Made by a program: the position numbers and the translations under genes. Shown in pieces: positions 1 to 6,114 of a stretch of 19,348 nucleotides of DNA (its first letter is position 1; every line of letters starts with the position of its first letter). The stretch is taken from assembly GCA_046757525.1 (NCBI GenBank), contig JBHHYI010000078.1:1-19348 (forward strand), given 5' to 3'. Below the pieces are notes generated by a model, which was not told the DNA's origin, searched no databases, and was given only the letters and a program-made list of their open reading frames with translations. This stretch comes from a bacterium (GTDB taxonomy: Bacteria > Zhuqueibacterota > Zhuqueibacteria > Oceanimicrobiales > Oceanimicrobiaceae).

Positions 1-1669
1 TTGCGTTGTTTTCTTCCTGGTTCCGACTCGCATGGGTCCAGGGCCAAATCGTCGGATTGTCAGTGTCAAGCGGGATAAATTCCTGCAGGAAGTCCTGTAT
101 CAGTTTGCGCTGCTTGTACATGCCCAGGTGGGAAATCATGCGCAAGGTCGCCATCGTGCCATCTACCCGGTTGCCGCTGTGGCAGGCATCGTAGACGATC
201 TGGAGCTGGGTTTGCGGGATGCCTGTTTGCTTCACCTTGCGCGCATAATCAAGGAGTCTCTTGAACCTGTCCAATTGATACGGACGGCAGGCTGGCGAGT
301 GTTTTCGCGTGATGTCGAGATCGATCAGGCTGCCTGTAACGACCTCGAAATCGATGCAAGCCGTTACATAGGGTTTCGTAATTACCTTATCGTCCGGGCC
401 GGTAGCATCCAGGTTTTCTACGACTATGGAAGCACAAGCCTTTTTTGCATTACTAAGCAATGCCTCACCCAAGCCGACTAGAACGGGCAGCGGGAAGTTG
501 GCATGACAAATGGCGATGCCAGCAGACATCGTGAGCTTACCATCCCGCAGGAAGGGCTCATTTTCGTCAATGGGCGGATCGCCAATAAAGCGTTTCTTGA
601 GTTCTTCGAAGAAGTTTTCTCTGCGCAAAGCGGCATCCAGCACCTCCGGTGATTTCTTTTCAAATCGCTGAACGATTTTGCAGGTTACATCGATGATGTG
701 ACGTGCAGAAGTAAAAAGCATCACGTCATCCCCACCGATCATAACGATTTCAAATGGCATGACGGTTTCATCCCCGGCCGGCTCGGGTTTGAGATCAGCA
801 AGCGCTTCGAAAACCAGGCCTTCCACAGTCGATTTCAGCCTTTCAGAGTAGTCAGTGTAGTTTTTATCTGACCCCAACACCTCGAGCAGCTTGCCCATAC
901 GGTTGCCGTCCATTGTGAGAAAGCCGACGTAGCCTTTTCCATCCAGAGCTCCCAGCTCGTTCAAATCGTCAGGGACACGCGCGTTCTGCCATCTTTTGTA
1001 TTCGGTGGTCAATCCTGCTTTTGTCAAGTGGTCGAGAAATCTCTGCCGATAGCTGCTGAACTCAGTCTCGGACTCCTTCTTTTCTTTTGCTTGAATTTCC
1101 TTCTGATGTTCTTCTCCCTTGCCGCGAATCTTCAACCCGCGTCTACGTTTTTTTCGACAGGCCACACAGAGAAGGTCGCCTGATAAATCACCTTTTGCTC
1201 TTCCGGCTGCCGGCGCCACACCACAAGCATCACAGGGGCGCATATAAGGTTGCAGCGGGATTTGCAATAGCTGAGACTTGCGCGCTTTCTCATCCTGGAG
1301 CATGGCCGCAGCCTCAGCCATGTGAGCGCCAAAGCTCGTGCCGACCGCGCTTTCCGGCACCGGTTTTTTGATTGTCGTTATTGTGCTTGATGAGGTGGCA
1401 AGCGAGAATTCTCTTTCGATTTTCTCACATTCGGAGCCCGCTTCCAACTCATCATCCAATACGATTGCACCGCCTCCGCCGGCAGCATAGATCAACCGCC
1501 GCCCGTCTGCATGTTGCTGTTGTGCCCCTTCACGTTTTTTCTGCTCGTCAATCTCAAGCAGGATCGAGCTTGCTCCACGTATGTCTTTGAGGGCGTTCGA
1601 AGCAAAGATGTAATCCTTAATGCGATCGGCATCGAAAGAAACAAGAAATTTTTCTTCATCATTAGACAT
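1..1669 (-). CDS. cas10: Type III CRISPR-associated Cas10 (HD-less, Palm1-Zn finger-Palm2); 3' end beyond the window edge
   Basis: Manual translation from ATG 1669 (GGAG RBS upstream) gives 556 codons with no stop: MSNDEEKFLVSFDADRIKDYIFASNALKDIRGASSIL...RLIYAAGGGG (Palm1); CDAC..CVAC Zn finger (1234-1223, 1168-1157); GYVGFLTMDGNRMG (DGN 910-902); PFEIVMIGGDDVML (GGDD 736-725); LTMSAGIAICHANFP..LL.NAKK; IDFEV..RPY..WPW. Not in the ORF track because the stop lies outside the window. Confidence 0.92.
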   Translation of the reverse strand, partial: MSNDEEKFLVSFDADRIKDYIFASNALKDIRGASSILLEIDEQKKREGAQQQHADGRRLIYAAGGGGAIVLDDELEAGSECEKIEREFSLATSSSTITTIKKPVPESAVGTSFGAHMAEAAAMLQDEKARKSQLLQIPLQPYMRPCDACGVAPAAGRAKGDLSGDLLCVACRKKRRRGLKIRGKGEEHQKEIQAKEKKESETEFSSYRQRFLDHLTKAGLTTEYKRWQNARVPDDLNELGALDGKGYVGFLTMDGNRMGKLLEVLGSDKNYTDYSERLKSTVEGLVFEALADLKPEPAGDETVMPFEIVMIGGDDVMLFTSARHIIDVTCKIVQRFEKKSPEVLDAALRRENFFEELKKRFIGDPPIDENEPFLRDGKLTMSAGIAICHANFPLPVLVGLGEALLSNAKKACASIVVENLDATGPDDKVITKPYVTACIDFEVVTGSLIDLDITRKHSPACRPYQLDRFKRLLDYARKVKQTGIPQTQLQIVYDACHSGNRVDGTMATLRMISHLGMYKQRKLIQDFLQEFIPLDTDNPTIWPWTHASRNQEENNA

Positions 1670-1835
1670 CTTAGTCTCCAAGAATATGTAAGTGAAAAGC
1701 TCATCATTGCTTTGTTGATCAGTCTAATCTTCTACCGCACCGTTCGCTGGTTGATATTTTCAACGGTAGGAAAATGATCGACATCAACGCCAATACACCC
1801 TCGACAACATTGCCAATTCTATTAGGTAATCTGAA

Positions 1836-1866
1836 AAAGCTAACCTTCTCCAAGAAGGTCAGCTTT
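1836..1866. repeat. 31-nt imperfect palindrome, copy 1 (REP-like or terminator hairpin)
   Basis: AAAGCT-A-ACCTTCT-CCA-AGAAGGT-C-AGCTTT; second copy at 3498-3528. Confidence 0.75.
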
Positions 1867-1967
1867 CACCCCCCCCAACAACGCTCCACCGTAATGCTGG
1901 CGCCGCAAATCCGCGCCGCAGGCGGCGAAGTAGGCCAGCCAGAAGTCGCGGATGCCGCTCATGCGGC
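1836..1967. repeat. ~130-bp direct repeat, copy 1
   Basis: Aligns to 3498-3633, including 49 identical bp (1906-1954 = 3572-3620). Confidence 0.95.
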
Positions 1968-2118
1968 GGGAGGACATCTTTTCGTAGCCGCCAGACGAGG
2001 CGCCGACGACGGTCACCCGCACGCCCCCCAGCTCGGGTACCACGCCGCGAGAGCGGTTCTGCGAGATGATCGCCTTAATGCGCGATGCTGTCAGGTTTTC
2101 ACGGGTGTAATTTGCCAT
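1840..2118 (-). pseudogene. Probable C-terminal fragment of a hypothetical protein (92-aa ORF)
   Basis: ...PELGGVRVTVVGA...IRDFWLAYFAACGADL...YGGALLG; the same protein tail is encoded at 3527-3632. AAAGGAG upstream of the ATG means it could alternatively be an expressed small protein. Confidence 0.5.
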
Positions 2119-2133
2119 TTTTCAAAAAACTCC

Positions 2134-2191
2134 TTTACATTTATCGCGAATTATTATATAATATTGGAAATTGATTTCCAGTATTATATAA
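2134..2191 (+). promoter_or_regulatory. Sigma70-type promoter overlapped by a 17-bp inverted repeat (putative operator) for the ATPase gene
   Basis: TTTACA(2134-2139)-17 nt-TATAAT(2157-2162); IR TTATATAATATTGGAAA(2154-2170)/TTTCCAGTATTATATAA(2175-2191), 16/17 matched. Confidence 0.7.
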
Positions 2192-2209
2192 ATGTACAGG
2201 AATGGAGAT

Positions 2210-3457
2210 ATGAACTTATTCAAATATAATAGACATTGGGAAAAAGAATATAGATATCCTTATAAGAAGCATCGAACGATTTTCACCCACTTAATTAACG
2301 CGCTCAATACAAGACAAATTGTAGAAATTTCCGGTTTGAGGCGAACAGGAAAAACCACGTTGTTGTTTCAAGTTCTCAATCATTTGATCGATCAAAACAA
2401 GAATCCGTTTTCTCTTTGGTACTTTACCTTTGATGAAGAAAAACTACCGCTCGATGAGCTGCTCAACTCCTTTTCAAAACAAACTCAAATCGACTACAAA
2501 AAAGAAAACATCATTCTCTTCCTGGATGAAATTCAAAAGCTGCCGGATTTTCAGAATCAACTGAAAGTTTATTATGATTTGTATCCCAACTTAAAGTTCT
2601 TCATTTCAGGTTCGACGTCGCTGTTTATTAAGAAAAAAACACAAGAGAGTTTGGCCGGTAGAATTCAGAGCTTGTTCCTGACTCCATTGAGTTTTAGCGA
2701 ATATTTGACTTTTACCAACAACTCAGATATTCTGGAAAATCCGCAGCTCTTCAAGACTGAAATTGACAAAAGCTTCGAGATATTTTTGACTAGCCAATTT
2801 ATTGAGAGTCTCTCGATGCCTGACGTCAATGCCAAGAGAGATTATTATGTCGGCATAATCCGGAAAATTGTTTTTGAAGACGTCTCCTCCATATTTTCCG
2901 TAAACAATCCGGAAATCTTGTGGCAAATCATCCGGATGATTGCACAAAAGCCGGGAATGTTGATCGATTACCAGAACCTGGCAAATGCCATCGGGATCTC
3001 CAACAAAACAGTAAGCAGCTATCTTTATTACCTTGAAGAAGCATACCTGGTAAAAAAAATGTATAATTTCTCGCGAAATCGCATCACCTCGGAAAAAAAG
3101 CTCAAGCGATACTATTTGGCCTCGCCTTCCTTTAGCTGGGCGCTCGTCGATTTTATCGATACGGCTCCTTTAGTCGAGAATCTGGCGGCTTCCTTAAAAG
3201 ATTTCAAATTTTTTTGGCGCGACCCCTATCATCATGAGGTTGATTTTATCGAGATAGAAAATAACGATCTTATCGTACCGGTCGAGATCAAATACAAAGA
3301 AAAAATTCAGCCCAGGGATTTAAAGAATCTGCTTTTGTTTGCAAAAAAATTTAGTTGTAAAAAAGTCATTATTTTCAAGAAAGGAATCGAGGAGAAAGCC
3401 TCTCTTGCTGCTTCTGACAAAGTCAGGATAATTGAAAAACCGATTTATGGAATTTAA
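2210..3457 (+). CDS. AAA+ ATPase, COG1373 type (AAA_14 + wHTH + DUF4143 PD-(D/E)XK-like C-terminus)
   Basis: Walker A GLRRTGKT, Walker B LFLDEIQ, SGSTS, ESLAGR, YLYYLEEAYL, C-terminal EVDFI..VPVEIK. Start 2210 (MNLFKYNRHW) follows GGAG; alternative start 2192. Visibly AT-richer than its flanks. Confidence 0.9.
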   Translation: MNLFKYNRHWEKEYRYPYKKHRTIFTHLINALNTRQIVEISGLRRTGKTTLLFQVLNHLIDQNKNPFSLWYFTFDEEKLPLDELLNSFSKQTQIDYKKENIILFLDEIQKLPDFQNQLKVYYDLYPNLKFFISGSTSLFIKKKTQESLAGRIQSLFLTPLSFSEYLTFTNNSDILENPQLFKTEIDKSFEIFLTSQFIESLSMPDVNAKRDYYVGIIRKIVFEDVSSIFSVNNPEILWQIIRMIAQKPGMLIDYQNLANAIGISNKTVSSYLYYLEEAYLVKKMYNFSRNRITSEKKLKRYYLASPSFSWALVDFIDTAPLVENLAASLKDFKFFWRDPYHHEVDFIEIENNDLIVPVEIKYKEKIQPRDLKNLLLFAKKFSCKKVIIFKKGIEEKASLAASDKVRIIEKPIYGI

Positions 3458-3497
3458 CCACGAATTGCACGAATTCACCAATATCATAGTATGCACA

Positions 3498-3633
3498 AAA
3501 GCTGCCCTTCTCCAAGAAGGTCAGCTTTATTCCCCCCACCCCAACAACGCCCCACCGTACCGCTCTTTGCTCAAATCCGCGCCGCAGGCGGCGAAGTAGG
3601 CCAGCCAGAAGTCGCGGATGGCGGTCATGCGGC
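3498..3633. repeat. ~130-bp direct repeat, copy 2, including hairpin 3498-3528
   Basis: AAAGCTG-C-CCTTCT-CCA-AGAAGG-T-CAGCTTT followed by sequence matching 1867-1967. Confidence 0.95.
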
Positions 3634-3923
3634 AGGGGCGCCTTGCCGTAGATTTTCTGAATCAAATCTCTTGGCGTATGTGCCCCCTCCGCCGTCTCGC
3701 GCTGGTACTCGGCTTTGCAGTATTCGCTCTTCAGCTTTTTGTCCATGTCCTCCCATCGTTGGGCGACGCGGCGAATGTTTTCCTCGGCGAGCTTCTGCAG
3801 CTCTAATTCGTACGGCGCGTGCTGCTCCTGCTCAACAAGAGGGATGCCAGCCTTGTCGTCCTTGCGGCCGTTCCAACGCGCGTTGAATTTGGAATAGGAG
3901 GACCAGGGAAAATGAAAACTCAT
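3527..3923 (-). pseudogene. Deleted/chimeric remnant: N-terminus of a coiled-coil protein joined out of frame to the C-terminal tail also seen at 1840-1967
   Basis: ATG 3923 gives MSFHFPW..GRKDDKAGIP..YELELQKLAEENIRRVAQRWEDMDKKLKSEY. After ~3680 the frame reads as low-complexity, non-protein-like sequence, while another frame encodes RMTAIRDFWLAYFAACGADLSKERYGGALLGWGE* (TAA 3529-3527). Confidence 0.6.
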
Positions 3924-4198
3924 TTGTCGACCTCAGTCGAAGATTAAAACCAATGGGAGACTTGTTACTAACGGCAGAGACTTAAAGCCCCAGGGGGAGG
4001 AGAATCGTTAGCTCTTAAATCGAATCCGTTCCTTGATCCAGTTGCTGGACTGGGTCGTTGTGGAAATAACGAGATATTAGATCACGGGGAGAGCAGTTAG
4101 CGGAAGAGAATAGCTCCTCCCTCCTCAATTGACACAAATATTTAACAAAACGAAAGCAAAAAGTCAAGAAAAAAATTGGCCTAAAACCCAAATTCTTC

Positions 4199-4227
4199 TT
4201 GACATTTGGGATGAAATTGGTTACTTT
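4199..4227 (+). promoter_or_regulatory. Pmra promoter of the dcw cluster
   Basis: TTGACA(4199-4204)-17 nt-TACTTT(4222-4227) upstream of mraZ. Confidence 0.7.
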
Positions 4228-4235
4228 CCCACAAA

Positions 4236-4260
4236 GTGGAGGAATGTGGAAGAGAGTGGT
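4236..4260 (+). promoter_or_regulatory. MraZ-binding repeats
   Basis: GTGGA(4236), GTGGA(4246), GTGGT(4256) at exact 10-nt period, the established MraZ operator pattern. Confidence 0.85.
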
Positions 4261-4304
4261 TTTTTATCCCTAATAAACTATTTCCTTGTTAATTAAAGAC
4301 TAAA

Positions 4305-4751
4305 ATGGATTTTTTCCTTGGCACCTATGCCTGCACCATCGATGAAAAGAATCGACTCAGCATTCCAGCCAAAATCCGAAAAGTCATGACCAAGCGCGGT
4401 GAGCAATCCTTCATTCTCACAGGAATGGACGATTCCTGTTTGACGCTTTATCCGTACAGCATCTGGAAAACCCAAATTGCTGACCGAATTGCCGCCCTCC
4501 CCCAAAGCAGTGATGCTGCCAAGCGTTTGCGGCGCCTGCTTGGCAAAAGCACGATGGAAGTGCCCCTGGATAACCAGGGGCGCATCGTAGTCCCTGCCGA
4601 TCTCTGCAAACATGCCCGCATCGAGAAAAAGGTCACGATTTTTGGTGCCATGGACAAGGTAGAAATCTGGAATCCAGAAGTCTACCAAGAAGTCGCCGAA
4701 ACCCCGGAAGAGCAGTCTGCCGGGGAAGAGCTCAAGACATTTGGAATATAA
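4305..4751 (+). CDS. mraZ: Division/cell wall cluster transcriptional repressor MraZ
   Basis: F.G.Y...IDEKNRLSIP and LDNQGRIVVP SpoVT/AbrB repeats, GAMDKVEIWN; first gene of dcw. Confidence 0.97.
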   Translation: MDFFLGTYACTIDEKNRLSIPAKIRKVMTKRGEQSFILTGMDDSCLTLYPYSIWKTQIADRIAALPQSSDAAKRLRRLLGKSTMEVPLDNQGRIVVPADLCKHARIEKKVTIFGAMDKVEIWNPEVYQEVAETPEEQSAGEELKTFGI

Positions 4752-4763
4752 AAAAGATCCATT

Positions 4764-5723
4764 GTGTTTCATGAGCCTGTCTTAAAACGCGAAGTCATCG
4801 AGTTGCTTTTGACTGACGAAAACGGCATCTATCTCGACGGCACCGTAGGAGGCGCCGGGCACGCGCAGGCCATTTTGGACCGGCTCGGTTCCCGCGGGCG
4901 GCTCATCGGTCTGGACCTGGACGACGATGCCCTCCGCTTTGCACGACGGCGACTGCGCGCGTTCAGGGAAAAGCTCACACTGCATAAGGGCAACTTCAAA
5001 GACATGGTTGGCATCTTAGAGCGTCTCAATATCGGCCACGTGCACGGGATTTTGCTCGATCTGGGCATTTCGTCACATCAGATCGACACGCCTGGTCGCG
5101 GCTTCAGCTACCGTCAGGAGGGGCCGCTGGACATGCGCCTCAATAGCCGGCAAAAGTTCTCAGCGTTCGAGATTGTCAATGCTTATTCGGAACAGCAGTT
5201 GTGCGAAATCTTCAGAACCTATGGCGAAGAAAAGCGCGCCCGTGCCATTGCTCACAATATAATAAAGGAAAGAAAAAAGTCAAGCATTATTTCCACGCAG
5301 GACCTGCGCGACCTGGTTAGTCAAGCGGTTCCAGAGCGATTTCTGGTCAAGTCGTTGGCGCGTATTTTTCAGGCGCTGCGCATGGCGGTGAACGACGAAC
5401 TAAACAACCTCTCCGCAGCACTGAGGGAGAGCGTGGGGTGTCTGCACCAGGGCTGCAGGCTGGTTGTGATTTCCTACAATTCGTTGGAGGACCGGATGGT
5501 CAAAACCTTTTTCAAGAAGGAGTCCGTGCGTTGCGTTTGTCCGCCGGAGCTTCCGGTTTGTGTTTGTGGCCAACCCGGTCGTTTGCAGGTCTTGACCAGG
5601 CGGGTGGTCAGGCCCGCGGCCGAAGAGGTGCGCGTGAATCCGCGCAGTCGCAGCGCCAGGCTGCGCGCGGCTGAACGGCTCAATTCAACACCGAAGGCCA
5701 CGGAAGAAAGGCAAAAGGCGTAG
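4764..5723 (+). CDS. rsmH: 16S rRNA m4C1402 methyltransferase RsmH
   Basis: HEPVL..E, DGTVGGAGHA, DLGISSHQID...RGFS...GPLDMR, FQALRMAVNDEL, SYNSLEDR, NPRSRSARLR. Confidence 0.98.
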   Translation: MFHEPVLKREVIELLLTDENGIYLDGTVGGAGHAQAILDRLGSRGRLIGLDLDDDALRFARRRLRAFREKLTLHKGNFKDMVGILERLNIGHVHGILLDLGISSHQIDTPGRGFSYRQEGPLDMRLNSRQKFSAFEIVNAYSEQQLCEIFRTYGEEKRARAIAHNIIKERKKSSIISTQDLRDLVSQAVPERFLVKSLARIFQALRMAVNDELNNLSAALRESVGCLHQGCRLVVISYNSLEDRMVKTFFKKESVRCVCPPELPVCVCGQPGRLQVLTRRVVRPAAEEVRVNPRSRSARLRAAERLNSTPKATEERQKA

Positions 5724-5785
5724 CAAGCAGGAGGCTAAGGGGACGCCGGGCGTTTCTAAATTAAACACTGAAGGACACGGAAGAA
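5682..5785 (+). repeat. 27-bp imperfect direct repeat pair spanning the rsmH stop
   Basis: AATTCAACACCGAAGGCCACGGAAGAA (5682-5708) vs AATTAAACACTGAAGGACACGGAAGAA (5759-5785), 24/27 identical. Confidence 0.75.
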
Positions 5786-5796
5786 CACCGAACGAA

Positions 5797-6114
5797 ATGA
5801 AAAGAAGGAAAAGGCGTGTCAGCGCGCCTGTCGGGCCCAGGAATCAAATTAGCTCTAACTTTAAGCAGATTGGAATGGTGGTTCTAATTGCGGCGGTTTT
5901 GTTTGTGTACATTTTGTTGATCGTTGAAACCGATATGCTTTCCACCGAAATTCAGGAACTCAAGAAAACGGAAAAGCGGATGTTAGATGAGAGGGAAGAG
6001 TTGCAAGCCCAGCAGGTTGGGCTTTCAGGATTCGGTAGAATAGAAAAGCTGGCAAAAGCCCTGGGACTCGAGCACCCTTCCCAGGGCAATGTCATTGAAA
6101 TACCATCGGAATAA
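5797..6114 (+). CDS. ftsL: Cell division protein FtsL
   Basis: Basic N-terminus, one TM helix, coiled coil, RIEKLAK.LGL..P motif; position between rsmH and ftsI. Confidence 0.85.
   Translation: MKRRKRRVSAPVGPRNQISSNFKQIGMVVLIAAVLFVYILLIVETDMLSTEIQELKKTEKRMLDEREELQAQQVGLSGFGRIEKLAKALGLEHPSQGNVIEIPSE

Noticed and set aside
6..1777. Short ORFs in the track over 6-1777 (e.g. 32-481, 478-663, 1087-1371, 1132-1332, 1492-1707, 1511-1777)
   Set aside because: Antisense or off-frame shadows of the continuous minus-strand cas10 frame.
1836..1866. Integron attC site
   Set aside because: Too short (31 nt), lacks proper RYYYAAC/GTTRRRY boxes and extrahelical bases; no integrase in the window.
1774..2229. 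Plus-strand ORFs 1774-2229 and 3491-3886 sharing QIRAAGGEVGQPEVAD
   Set aside because: The shared peptide is just the antisense reading of the duplicated segment; the minus-strand frame is the protein-like one.
1670..4300. CRISPR array near cas10
   Set aside because: No regularly spaced repeat-spacer units were seen; the only repeats are two ~130-bp copies 1.66 kb apart.
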